A model generated the notes under the pieces. That model searched no databases and was not told the DNA's origin. It worked only from the letters and a program-made list of their open reading frames with translations. The translations under genes were made by a program, and so were the position numbers. This document shows positions 1 through 10,774 of a DNA stretch of 64,000 bases, piece after piece. This stretch comes from Collinsella aerofaciens (lineage in GTDB: Bacteria > Actinomycetota > Coriobacteriia > Coriobacteriales > Coriobacteriaceae), in the NCBI GenBank assembly GCA_048532905.1, contig DBGFTB010000032.1, forward strand, positions 2,915 to 66,914, in the 5' to 3' direction. The first letter of the stretch is position 1, and the number at the start of each line of letters is the position of its first letter.

Positions 1-1182
1 GTCAACAAGATCGATAAGCCCGGCGCCAACCCCGACCGCGTGCGTCAGGAGCTCACCGAGTACGGCGTCATCCCCGAGGAGTGGGGCGGACAGAACATGT
101 TCGTCAACATCTCGGCCAAGCAGAAGATCGGTATCGACGACCTTCTGGAGACCGTGCTGCTCCAGGCCGACGTGCTCGAGCTCAAGGCCAACCCAGACAC
201 CTTTGCCTCCGGCAACGTCCTCGAGGCCAAGCTCGACAAGGGCCGCGGCTCGGTCGCTACCGTGCTCGTGACCCGCGGTACCCTGCACGTGGGCGATACG
301 CTGGTCGCCGGCCTTACCTACGGCCGCGTCCGCGCCATGCTCGACCCCAAGGGTCGCGCCGTCACCGAGGCCGGTCCCTCCGACGCCGTCGAGATTTTGG
401 GCCTGCAGTCCGTGCCCAACGCCGGTGACGAGTTCCGCGTGTTCGAGGACGAGCGCGAGGCTCGCGCCCTTGCCGACGAGCGTTCGCTCAAGGCCCGTAT
501 CGAGGAGCAGAGCCGCGTCAAGCACGTCACGCTCGAGAACCTCTTCGAGACCATCGCCGACGCCGAGGTCAAGGAGCTCAACCTGATCATCAAGGCCGAC
601 GTCCAGGGTTCCATCGAGGCCCTTCAGGACTCGCTCGACAAGATGGATCAGTCCGAGGTTCGCATCAACACGATCCACTCCGCCGTTGGCGCCATCAACG
701 AGACCGACGTCGTCCTGGCCGACGCCTCCAACGCCATCATCATCGGCTTTGGCGTCCGTCCCGACGGTAAGGCCCGCTCTGCTGCCGAGCGCGAGGGCGT
801 CGAGATCCGTTGCTACGACGTCATCTACAAGTGCCTCGAGGAGCTCGACGCCGCCCGTATCGGCATGCTCAAGCCCACCGAGGTCGAGGTCGCCACGGGT
901 ACCGCGACCGTCCTGGACACCTTTAAGGTGCCCAAAGTCGGTATCGCCGCCGGTGTCCGCGTTGAAGAGGGCGAGATCGCCGCGACCGATTCCGTGCGTC
1001 TGGTGCGCGACGGCATCGTGGTCTTCAACGGTAAGATCGCCTCGATGCGCCACTACAAGGACGAGGCCAAGAGCCTCAAGAGCGGTTCCGAGGGCGGCAT
1101 TGGCCTGGAGAACTTCCAAGACATCAAGCCCGGCGACCAGATCGAGGGTTACCGCATCGACCAGGTTGCCCGTACCGAGTAG
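1..1182 (+). CDS. infB: Translation initiation factor IF-2, 5' truncated by window edge
   Basis: NKID G4 motif at window start, 'IIKADVQGSIEAL', IF2 C-terminal domain; followed by rbfA. Confidence 0.98.
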   Translation, partial: VNKIDKPGANPDRVRQELTEYGVIPEEWGGQNMFVNISAKQKIGIDDLLETVLLQADVLELKANPDTFASGNVLEAKLDKGRGSVATVLVTRGTLHVGDTLVAGLTYGRVRAMLDPKGRAVTEAGPSDAVEILGLQSVPNAGDEFRVFEDEREARALADERSLKARIEEQSRVKHVTLENLFETIADAEVKELNLIIKADVQGSIEALQDSLDKMDQSEVRINTIHSAVGAINETDVVLADASNAIIIGFGVRPDGKARSAAEREGVEIRCYDVIYKCLEELDAARIGMLKPTEVEVATGTATVLDTFKVPKVGIAAGVRVEEGEIAATDSVRLVRDGIVVFNGKIASMRHYKDEAKSLKSGSEGGIGLENFQDIKPGDQIEGYRIDQVARTE

Positions 1183-1193
1183 GGGGTAGCGCT

Positions 1194-1604
1194 ATGAAGC
1201 AAACGCAGGCAACCCGCCGTCTGGGCGAGCAGCTTCGCGAGAAGCTCGGTTATATCCTGCTCTTTGAGGTTTCCGATCCGCGTCTCGACCTGGTTACTTT
1301 GACCGCGGTCGAGGTCGCGGTGGACCGTTCGTTCGCGCGCGTGTACGTGTCGTGCGATGCGAGCCGCTACGACGAGGTCATGGAGGCGCTCGCTAGCGCT
1401 AAGGGCCGTATTCGCAGCCTGTTGGCTCGCTCGCTCGATTGGCGTGTTACGCCCGAGCTCGATTTTCGCATCGATCGCTCGACCGATGAGGCCGAGCGCA
1501 TCACGCGTGCGCTGGAAAACGTTCCCGCCACGCTTGCGATCGAAAAGGACGAGGACGGCTATCCGATAGCGGATGCCGCCCAGGAGGCAGCTTTAGATGA
1601 CTAA
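1194..1604 (+). CDS. rbfA: Ribosome-binding factor A
   Basis: 'DPRL..VTLTAVEV..D', 'RVTPELDFRID'; follows infB. Confidence 0.95.
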   Translation: MKQTQATRRLGEQLREKLGYILLFEVSDPRLDLVTLTAVEVAVDRSFARVYVSCDASRYDEVMEALASAKGRIRSLLARSLDWRVTPELDFRIDRSTDEAERITRALENVPATLAIEKDEDGYPIADAAQEAALDD

Positions 1605-2640
1605 TTCCGCCGACCTCGCCTCGTGCGAGTCTGCAGATATTCAGCGACGCATCCTCGAGCTCATCGAGGGTGCGTCCTCCATTGCGATTTCGGGACATAC
1701 TTCTCCCGATGGCGATGCCTTGGGCTCCGTATTGGGTCTGGGCCTTTCGCTCATGAAGTTTTTCCCCAACAAGGACATTGCGCTTCTGCTGGCAGACGAT
1801 GACCCGGTTCCGCGCATTTACCGCTTTATGGAAGGCTCCGACCGTCTGGTGCCGGCATCTGCGTACGCCGGCAATCCTGACCTGTTCATCTCGGTGGACG
1901 TACCGGTCGTCGAGCGCCTCAATAATTCCGCCGAGGTGCTTCGTCGCTCCAAGCATGTGGTGTGCTTCGATCATCATCCGGCGCGCGAGGAGTTTGCCGA
2001 GCTGAGTCTGAGGCGCGTCGATGCCGCGGCCTGCGCCATGATCATCGACCGTTTCTTGGACAATTGCGGCATTGTCGCACGTGATGGCGTTGCGACCTGC
2101 CTGCTGTGTGGCTTGGTTACCGATACCGGCCGTTTTCAGTACCAAAACGCCGATGCCGCTGCGTTCCATGCGGCTTCGCGACTGGTTGCCCACGGTGCCG
2201 ATCCGGCGCGAGTGGCACTCGAGGTATATCAGAGCATGCGCGTTGAGTTTTTGCACCTCAAGTCCATCGTTATGGGCCGCATCAAGACAGTGGCCCACGG
2301 GCGCGTCGCGTATAGCTACGCGTACCAGAGTGACCTTGAGGCTTGCGGTGTCACCTCGGATGAGTGCGACGGCCTGGTTGACGTGGTGCGCTCAGTGATG
2401 GGCGTCGAGGTCTGCCTGTTCCTGAAGGGTATCGAGGGCGATACCAAGGTGCGCGGCAACCTGCGCTCCAAGGGCGACCTCAACGTTTCCGAGATCGCTG
2501 CTGCCTTTGGCGGAGGCGGACATCCCGCTGCCGCCGGTTTCTCCAACAACGGAACGATTCTCGAGACGCTCACCGTGGCACTTCCCATGCTGGCCGAGCT
2601 GGTGGGGGAGGATCCCGCTTCGGTGACCGTCGAGCTTTAA
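1597..2640 (+). CDS. nrnA: DHH/DHHA1 phosphoesterase (oligoribonuclease/pAp phosphatase)
   Basis: HTSPDGD, DHH, TDTGRF and GGGGHPAAAG motifs; rbfA-truB context. Confidence 0.9.
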   Translation: MTNSADLASCESADIQRRILELIEGASSIAISGHTSPDGDALGSVLGLGLSLMKFFPNKDIALLLADDDPVPRIYRFMEGSDRLVPASAYAGNPDLFISVDVPVVERLNNSAEVLRRSKHVVCFDHHPAREEFAELSLRRVDAAACAMIIDRFLDNCGIVARDGVATCLLCGLVTDTGRFQYQNADAAAFHAASRLVAHGADPARVALEVYQSMRVEFLHLKSIVMGRIKTVAHGRVAYSYAYQSDLEACGVTSDECDGLVDVVRSVMGVEVCLFLKGIEGDTKVRGNLRSKGDLNVSEIAAAFGGGGHPAAAGFSNNGTILETLTVALPMLAELVGEDPASVTVEL

Positions 2641-2655
2641 CTTTTTGGATGGTAC

Positions 2656-3588
2656 ATGGCTCGTCGTATGCCTTCTCAACTGAATATGCTGCTCGCCGTC
2701 GATAAGCCGGTGGGCTGCACGTCCCACGATGTGGTCTCGCAATGCCGACGCGCCCTCCATGAGCGGCGCGTCGGCCATGCCGGCACGCTCGACCCCATGG
2801 CATCGGGTGTCATGGTGGTGGGCGTGGGCCAGGCCACCCGTCTGCTGGGTATGCTCACGCTCGATATCAAAAGCTACGTCGCCGACATCTCGTTTGGTGC
2901 CGAGACCAATACCGATGATGCGGAGGGCGAGGCGGTCCGCACGGTGGCTGTTGCCGACGAGCTCCGCGATCCTGCCTATGCGCGTGAGCGCTTGGCCGCC
3001 ATGCTGGGTCCGCAGATGCAGGTGCCGCCGGCGTTTTCGGCTATCTCGGTCAATGGCGTTCGCGCCTACAAGTCTGCTCGCGAGGGCAATGCGGTGGACC
3101 TACCTCCGCGCCCCGTCGAGGTCTATGCCGCCGACCTGATCGCCGTGGGCGGCGAGGGTGATACGTGTGTGTGGACCGTGGCGTTCTCGGTGAGCAAGGG
3201 CACCTATATACGTGCGCTCGCTCGCGACCTGGGCCGCGCCTGCGAGAGCGCCGCGCACATTTCCGCGCTGCGCCGCACGGCCTCCGGTGTTGTTTCCATT
3301 GGCACCTGTCATGCGGTCGAGGAGCTTTCTCCCGAGTCCGCCGCTGGCTTTGCCCTGGATCCCATTGCGGCCTTGGGCGCCACGCGTGTTGACTTGCCGG
3401 GCAATCTTGCCGACGACCTGCTCTGCGGCCGACGTATTCCCGTTGAGCGTGCGCTTGCCGATTTCGATGCCTCGAAGGCGCCGTTTGCGCTGGTGCTCGA
3501 TGGGGGACTCAAGGCGCTCGCCCGCATTGAGAGTGGCTGCTTTGTTATGGAGCACGTGTTTCCGCAGGCAATCGGCGGTGTTCGATGA
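2656..3588 (+). CDS. truB: tRNA pseudouridine(55) synthase
   Basis: 'VDKPVGCTSHDVV', 'VGHAGTLDPMASG', 'SKGTYIRALARDLG'. Confidence 0.97.
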   Translation: MARRMPSQLNMLLAVDKPVGCTSHDVVSQCRRALHERRVGHAGTLDPMASGVMVVGVGQATRLLGMLTLDIKSYVADISFGAETNTDDAEGEAVRTVAVADELRDPAYARERLAAMLGPQMQVPPAFSAISVNGVRAYKSAREGNAVDLPPRPVEVYAADLIAVGGEGDTCVWTVAFSVSKGTYIRALARDLGRACESAAHISALRRTASGVVSIGTCHAVEELSPESAAGFALDPIAALGATRVDLPGNLADDLLCGRRIPVERALADFDASKAPFALVLDGGLKALARIESGCFVMEHVFPQAIGGVR

Positions 3589-4592
3589 TGTTGTCCGCTC
3601 GCGAGCTCGCGCGCGTCTTTTTCGCGGGCGAGTCGGATGAGGCTCGCATCGTTACTGCCGATACGTTTTATGAGTGTGAGCACTTGGGTTCCGCATCGAT
3701 CGCCATTGGCGTGTTCGACGGCGTTCACCGTGGACACCAGGAACTCATCGAAGCGCTTGTCCGTGATGCCCGTGCCCATGGCTGTAAGGCGGTTGTGGTT
3801 ACCTTCGATCCCGACCCGGACGTCGTGGTGAGCCCTTCGCCCGCTCAAAAATTGATGACGACGGCCGACCGTCTGCATGCCCTGGCTCAAACCGGGGTCG
3901 ATGCGGTGGTGGCCGTTCCCTTTACGCCTGAGGTTGCGGCGCTTGACCATGTTGATTTTCTCTCGCTGGTGTCGCGTCTGGTCGACATTCGATCGATTCG
4001 CGTTGGCAGTGACTTTAGGCTGGGTCGTGGCGGTGCTTCTGGTGTTGCCGAGATGCGCGCCTGGGGTTCCGAGTACGGCGTTGACGTGTATGGTCACGAT
4101 CTGCTTTGCGAGGGCGGTGAGGCCATTTGCGCCACTCGCATTCGTCATGAGCTGGGACAGGGCCATGTGGAGCTTGCTGCTGAGTTGCTCGGCCGCCCGT
4201 ATATGGTGCGTGGCGGTGTTATTCGCGGCCGTCACGAGGGCTCTGGCATGGGCTTTCCCACGGCAAACCTGCAGGTTCCCGACGGTATTCAGGTGCCTGC
4301 CGATGGCGTGTATGAGGGTCTGGTGCTGGTCGATGACACCGCGTGGCCCGCTGCCGTGAACGTCGGACTGCCGCCGACGTATGCCGACGATGTCGCTTCG
4401 GCGCATCTCGAGGCTAATTTAATTGGTTATACGGGCGACCTGTACGGCTCTTTTGTTTCGCTGGCGTTTACGCGTTGGCTGCGTCCCTCGCGCGTGTTCG
4501 ATTCGCTGGATGAGTTGATCGCGACCGTCGAGGGTAATATCGAGGACATTCGTCACAACTTGGGCGATCAGGGGGTGAGCATCCGTGATTAG
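3585..4592 (+). CDS. ribF: Bifunctional riboflavin kinase/FAD synthetase
   Basis: 'IGVFDGVHRGHQ', 'GFPTANL', follows truB. Confidence 0.95.
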   Translation: MMLSARELARVFFAGESDEARIVTADTFYECEHLGSASIAIGVFDGVHRGHQELIEALVRDARAHGCKAVVVTFDPDPDVVVSPSPAQKLMTTADRLHALAQTGVDAVVAVPFTPEVAALDHVDFLSLVSRLVDIRSIRVGSDFRLGRGGASGVAEMRAWGSEYGVDVYGHDLLCEGGEAICATRIRHELGQGHVELAAELLGRPYMVRGGVIRGRHEGSGMGFPTANLQVPDGIQVPADGVYEGLVLVDDTAWPAAVNVGLPPTYADDVASAHLEANLIGYTGDLYGSFVSLAFTRWLRPSRVFDSLDELIATVEGNIEDIRHNLGDQGVSIRD

Positions 4593-6687
4593 CGATGAAG
4601 AAAAAGACCAAGTACGCGCTGCGTCTGACCTGGTTGCCATCGTGCAGGAAACGGTCGAGCTCAAGCCCCGCGGCCATGAGTTTTGGGGATGCTGCCCCTT
4701 CCATGGCGAAAAGACGCCGTCCTTCCACATTATCCCCGCCACGCAGGTGTGGCATTGCTTTGGCTGCGGCGAGGGTGGCGACGTTTTCACGTATATCATG
4801 AAGCGCGAGAACCTGAGCTTTCCCGAGTCAATCCGTTACTTGGCCGATCGCGCGGGTATTGAGCTGCATGACACCGGAGATCGGCGCGAGCGCGGCACCA
4901 AGCGTGCCCGCATCTACGATCTGTGCGCCGAGACCGCCCAGTTCTACCACACCATGCTCATGCGTGGTAAGGACGGCCGTCCGCGCGAGTACTTTGCCAG
5001 CCGCGGCATGGGCGGCGACGTCTGCCGCCGCTACTGCCTGGGCTTTGCACCGGGCCGTAACGCGCTGGTGTCGCACCTGTCCCAGGCGGGTTTTACCCCA
5101 CAGGAGATGATCGACGCCAACGTTGCCGTGAGCCGCGGGCGCGGGCAGCTTGCCGACCGCTTTTACGACCGCGTGATGTTCCCCATCTTTGACGAGCAGG
5201 GTCACAACATTGCCTTTGGCGGTCGCATTATGGGCGACGGTCAGCCTAAGTATCTCAACACCGCCGAGACGAGCGTGTTCCATAAAAAGCGAAACCTCTA
5301 CGGTTTTAATTGGGCCAAGGAGTTTATCGTCGCGCAGGATACCGCCATCGTGGTGGAGGGCTATACCGATTGCATCGCCTGCTGGGAGGCGGGGATTAAA
5401 AACGTTGTCGCCACGCTGGGCACCGCGCTCACGGAGCATCATGTCAAGACGCTCACCCGCTTTGCCAAGCGCATCGTGTACATGTTCGATGGTGACGCCG
5501 CCGGCCAAAAGGCCGCTCGCCGTGCGATTCAGTTTATCGAGCAGGATTCTATGGACCTGCGCTGCGTGGTGCTGCCCGACGGCAACGACCCTATGGAGTT
5601 TATTTCGGCGCACGGCGGCCAGGAGCTGCAGGCGCGCATCGACGCGGCCGAGCCGCTTATGGACTTTGTGTACCGTTCGCTGCAGGAGTCGAGCGATATT
5701 AGCACGCCGGGCGGTCGCGCCAAGGCGCTGGAAGATGCGCTGACGCTTATCTATCCGCTGCGCGATAGCTATATGATCGACACGTACTTTATCCAGATTG
5801 CCGACCTGCTTGGTTTGGACCTGGAGACCGTGCGCGAGAGCTCGGGCCGTGTGTTTCGCGATGTCGCCAAGCGCGAGGATGCTGAACGACGTCGTGAGCA
5901 GAACTATGAGCGCCAGCGGGCACAGGCTGAGCGGTCCGGTAGCGCGGGCGGTCGGGCGTCGGGTTCTCGCGATGCCGGTCGCGGCGCTTGGGCATCGGGC
6001 GCGACGCCGGCAGTAGCGACGCCGGTCGAAGAAGAGCCGTACGACTACGTCCCGCTCGATGCCTACGGTGCCGCGCCCGTGGAGGCCCCCGACGATCTTC
6101 CGCCGATCGATGTGCCTGATGGTATGGGCGCTGTGCCTGCGGCTGACGGTTCGGGCGCACCGGCTGCGGCGGCGCCGATGGTTCTTACCGATCTTGAACG
6201 CAAGTCCTTGGCAGGGGAGCGCGAACTGTTGACGATGCTCACGAGCTACCCCGACCTGTTCCGCACGTACGCCGACCGCATCTGCTCCATCGAGTGGGTC
6301 GACCCACGTCACGAGTCCATCGCATGGGCCGTTCTGGCAACGCCGCCGGGAACCGATCCTGCAGCCTGCATGGATGCGGCGCGCTCGGTGTGTCCCGATG
6401 CGGCAACGCTTGTGAGTGCCGGGCGCATCTCGGCGACGAGCAAGCACCCCACCGAGACGAACATCGTGTTCATGCTCGATACGCTCGAGCTCTACACCAT
6501 CAAGCGCCGCATGCGTGCTGCACAGGCCAGGCTGCGCCAGGACCGTTCACTCGATGGTGAGGCCCGTCGCGCGCTGACCGTTCAGGCCGCGCAAGATTCG
6601 CAGCGTCAACGCGAACTGCAAAAGTCGATCGGCGGCGTGGCGGACCCGTTCCGTTTGATCGGCCTGGAGGCTGCAGGCACCGAATAA
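4585..6687 (+). CDS. dnaG: DNA primase
   Basis: CPFH...C..C zinc finger, 'PKYLNT', TOPRIM 'VEGYTD' and 'FDGDAAG'; upstream of rpoD. Confidence 0.97.
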   Translation: MISDEEKDQVRAASDLVAIVQETVELKPRGHEFWGCCPFHGEKTPSFHIIPATQVWHCFGCGEGGDVFTYIMKRENLSFPESIRYLADRAGIELHDTGDRRERGTKRARIYDLCAETAQFYHTMLMRGKDGRPREYFASRGMGGDVCRRYCLGFAPGRNALVSHLSQAGFTPQEMIDANVAVSRGRGQLADRFYDRVMFPIFDEQGHNIAFGGRIMGDGQPKYLNTAETSVFHKKRNLYGFNWAKEFIVAQDTAIVVEGYTDCIACWEAGIKNVVATLGTALTEHHVKTLTRFAKRIVYMFDGDAAGQKAARRAIQFIEQDSMDLRCVVLPDGNDPMEFISAHGGQELQARIDAAEPLMDFVYRSLQESSDISTPGGRAKALEDALTLIYPLRDSYMIDTYFIQIADLLGLDLETVRESSGRVFRDVAKREDAERRREQNYERQRAQAERSGSAGGRASGSRDAGRGAWASGATPAVATPVEEEPYDYVPLDAYGAAPVEAPDDLPPIDVPDGMGAVPAADGSGAPAAAAPMVLTDLERKSLAGERELLTMLTSYPDLFRTYADRICSIEWVDPRHESIAWAVLATPPGTDPAACMDAARSVCPDAATLVSAGRISATSKHPTETNIVFMLDTLELYTIKRRMRAAQARLRQDRSLDGEARRALTVQAAQDSQRQRELQKSIGGVADPFRLIGLEAAGTE

Positions 6688-6803
6688 GCCTAGATGTTGT
6701 GGTCAACCAGCGTATTCTCGCCTATATCCAGCCCTCTTTTTGGGTATAGACGTCAATGTGTGTGCTAAAGTATTGAGTCCTGTGGACTATGAAGGGAGAA
6801 TCT

Positions 6804-8153
<1,350 letters not shown>

Positions 8154-8201
8154 TCAAGCAAGAGGCGCCCTCAAGCACATCCGCTCGGGGGCGCTTTCAT
8201 G

Positions 8202-8257
8202 TAGTCGTTGGGGACGTTCTTGAATGACTAGTCGTTTAAGAACGTCCCCAACGACTA
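8202..8257. repeat. 56-bp near-perfect palindrome (REP-like/terminator)
   Basis: TAGTCGTTGGGGACGTTCTT (8202-8221) is the exact reverse complement of 8238-8257; inner 16 nt also pair allowing G-U. Confidence 0.75.
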
Positions 8258-8283
8258 GGGCGGTCAATTTATTAAAAAATTTC

Positions 8284-8311
8284 TTGCCCTAAGCTGATTC
8301 GTCCGTATAAT
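8284..8311 (+). promoter_or_regulatory. Sigma-70 promoter for the tRNA pair
   Basis: TTGCCC-N16-TATAAT with AT-rich upstream tract, 30 nt before the tRNA. Confidence 0.65.
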
Positions 8312-8341
8312 AAAATTCGTTGCTTGAGAGCACGCACCTAT

Positions 8342-8416
8342 TCCTCGGTAGCTCAATGGTAGAGCACGCGGCTGTTAACCGCGCTGTTGTAGGTTCGAGT
8401 CCTACCCGGGGAGCCA
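8342..8416 (+). tRNA. tRNA-Asn (GTT)
   Basis: Acceptor TCCTCGG/CCGGGGA, anticodon loop CTGTTAA, GTTCGAG T-loop, encoded CCA. Confidence 0.97.
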
Positions 8417-8449
8417 GAATTTTCCAGCCCTTTCCGTTGGGCTTTAAAT

Positions 8450-8524
8450 TCCTCGGTAGCTCAATGGTAGAGCACGCGGCTGTTAACCGCGCTGTTGTAG
8501 GTTCGAGTCCTACCCGGGGAGCCA
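8450..8524 (+). tRNA. tRNA-Asn (GTT), second identical copy
   Basis: Identical 75 nt to 8342-8416. Confidence 0.97.
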
Positions 8525-8530
8525 GGTTGT

Positions 8531-8560
8531 AAAACCCGTCGCTTATGCGGCGGGTTTTTT
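8531..8560 (+). terminator. Rho-independent terminator
   Basis: AAAACCCGTCGC-TTAT-GCGGCGGGTTTTTT. Confidence 0.8.
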
Positions 8561-8718
8561 CATGCCGCGATCGCCGTTCGCGAACGTTACCGTATCAACA
8601 TTTCGTGTCGAGGATGTAATCCCGAGGCCCGCCACCTCAACATGGCGCGGTCGTTGTAGAATATTGCAGTGATTGCTCCCACGAGATGGTGCCGCGAGCA
8701 CCAGATAAGGAGATTCTT

Positions 8719-9075
8719 GTGTCTGAGACCATTAACGGCAGCCTGAGCGTCTCGAACGACGTTATTGCCGATATTGCCGGTTATGCCGCGATGACGTGCT
8801 ATGGCGTCGTCGGTATGGCTGAGCAGCTCCAGGGCGCCGAGAGCGTGCGCCTGCTTGCCGGTCAGCGCCTCCGCAAGGGCGTGCTTGTCTCCGCCGACGA
8901 GAACGGCCTTACGGTCGATCTTCACGTCGTGCTCGAGAACGGCGTCAACATGAAGTCCGTCTGCCACAATCTTTCGAGCTCCGTTGCCTTCACTCTGCAG
9001 GAGATCGCCCAGATCGATCCCGCCAGCCTTAAGATCGGCATCCATATCGACGCGCTCAAGAGCCGTCTGAACTAG
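8719..9075 (+). CDS. Asp23/Gls24 family protein (YloU-like)
   Basis: 'SNDVIADIAGYAAMTCYGVVGM'; AAGGAG RBS before GTG; upstream of DAK2 gene. Confidence 0.88.
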   Translation: MSETINGSLSVSNDVIADIAGYAAMTCYGVVGMAEQLQGAESVRLLAGQRLRKGVLVSADENGLTVDLHVVLENGVNMKSVCHNLSSSVAFTLQEIAQIDPASLKIGIHIDALKSRLN

Positions 9076-9102
9076 CATCCGAAAACGGAGATTCAAATAC
9101 CC

Positions 9103-10764
9103 ATGATTGCAAAGACCATTCGCACCTGTTTTCCGATCGCTGCGGCTGCCGTTTCCGACAAGGCCGAGGAGATCAACAAGCTCAACGTCTTCCCCGTACC
9201 CGATGGCGATACCGGCACCAACATGTCGCTCACGCTCGCCTCGGTGACCAAGGAGCTCTCTGCCCTTCCCGCCGATGCCGATATGGAGGCCATCGCCGGT
9301 GCCATCACCCACGGCTCTCTCATGGGCGCTCGCGGTAACTCCGGCGTTATTACCTCGCAGATTCTTCGCGGCGTGGCCGAGGGCCTTGTCTCTGCCGACG
9401 AGCCTATTACGTCCGCCAACATTGCCTTCGCCTTCCGTCGTGCCGTCAAGGTCGCCTTCCAGGCTGTCCGCAAGCCCATCGAGGGCACGATCCTCACGGT
9501 CCTGCGCGATGTCTCGACCAAGGCCGATGAGTGCGAGAAGAAGAAGTTCTCGGCCGAGGATGCGCTCGATGCTATCGTCGTCGAGGCGTACCAGTCCGTC
9601 GCCCGCACGCCCGACTTGCTGCCCGTCCTCAAAGAGAACGGCGTGGTCGACTCAGGCGCCTTCGGCTTTGCCATCTTCCTGGAGAACTTTGTTGCCGCCG
9701 CGCTTGGTCGCAGCACCGTTGTCGAGGATTTCTCCGCTACGTTTGACTCCGCCGGCTCTGCCCGCGATGCCGCTCTTGGCCGCGTTGAGATCGAGGCTAA
9801 CGACGACTGGGAGGGCTCGGAGTTCCGCTACTGCAACGAGTTTCTCTTTAAGGCCGACGCCCCGTTTGACGAGGACGAATGCCTTAAGTTCCTAGGCTCC
9901 ATGGGCGACTGTGAGCTGCTCGTGGGCGCCTATCCCGACTACAAGATCCATGTGCACTCCAATACCCCCAACCTGGTGCTCGAGCACATGCTGCAGCTCG
10001 GTCAGATCTATGAGGTCTTTATCCACAACATGGAGATGGAGGCCCACGACCGTACCGCTAAGATCCACGAGGATCAGGAAAAGGCCGCCGAGCCCGCCAA
10101 GGCGCTGGGCTTTGTCGCCGTTGCCGCCGGTTCCGGCGAGGCCGACATCCTCAAGTCCCTTGGCGTCGACGTGGTCGTCTCCGGTGGCCAGACTATGAAT
10201 CCCTCGACCGCCGACCTGCTGGGCGCGGTGGACCAGGTCAACGCGACCTCGGTCATCATCTTGCCCAACAACGGCAACATCCGCATGGCCGCTGAGGCTG
10301 CTGCCTCAGCCTGCACCGACAAGAAGGTCGCCGTCGTTCCCACCAAGACCGTCCCGCAGGCCTTCTCCGCGCTGTTTGCAGTCCTGCCCGATTCCGAGCT
10401 CGAGGATGCCGTCGCCGCCATGGTCGACGCCATCAGCGAGGTCCGCGATGGCGAGGTCACCCGCGCCGTGCGCGACTCCAGTGCCTCTGACGGTTCTCCG
10501 ATTCACTCCGGTGACGTCATGGGTATCATCGCCGGCTCCATCGACGTGGTCGGCTCCGACGTGAAGCAGGTCACGCTCGACTGCATCAACCGCATGCAGG
10601 AGGAAGAGGAGGGCGACGCGCTGACGATTCTGGCTGGCGAGGAGCTGTCCGATGAGGCCTTCCAGGAGATCGTCGACGCTATCGAGGAGGCTCAGCCCGA
10701 TCTGGAGATTGACGCCCATCGTGGCGAGCAGCCGCTCTATCCCGTGATCTTCTCGATCGAGTAG
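9103..10764 (+). CDS. fakA: DAK2-domain fatty acid kinase subunit A (YloV-like)
   Basis: 'INKLNVFPVPDGDTGTNM', 'GARGNSGVI', 'GGQTMNPS'. Confidence 0.9.
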   Translation: MIAKTIRTCFPIAAAAVSDKAEEINKLNVFPVPDGDTGTNMSLTLASVTKELSALPADADMEAIAGAITHGSLMGARGNSGVITSQILRGVAEGLVSADEPITSANIAFAFRRAVKVAFQAVRKPIEGTILTVLRDVSTKADECEKKKFSAEDALDAIVVEAYQSVARTPDLLPVLKENGVVDSGAFGFAIFLENFVAAALGRSTVVEDFSATFDSAGSARDAALGRVEIEANDDWEGSEFRYCNEFLFKADAPFDEDECLKFLGSMGDCELLVGAYPDYKIHVHSNTPNLVLEHMLQLGQIYEVFIHNMEMEAHDRTAKIHEDQEKAAEPAKALGFVAVAAGSGEADILKSLGVDVVVSGGQTMNPSTADLLGAVDQVNATSVIILPNNGNIRMAAEAAASACTDKKVAVVPTKTVPQAFSALFAVLPDSELEDAVAAMVDAISEVRDGEVTRAVRDSSASDGSPIHSGDVMGIIAGSIDVVGSDVKQVTLDCINRMQEEEEGDALTILAGEELSDEAFQEIVDAIEEAQPDLEIDAHRGEQPLYPVIFSIE

Positions 10765-10774
10765 GCAACTGCCC

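Noticed and set aside
6742..6747. GGGTAT upstream of rpoD (and GGGTAC at 44318 before the sigma operon) as SigB promoters
   Set aside because: No GTTT-like -35 at 12-14 nt spacing; only the -10 half matches.
8320..8532. 70-aa ORF with an internal repeat, superficially CRISPR-like or tandem
   Set aside because: It is the two identical tRNA-Asn genes, 108 bp apart.
8560..8718. Expected rpmB (L28) divergent from asp23-fakA
   Set aside because: No L28-like ORF could be read in this gap.
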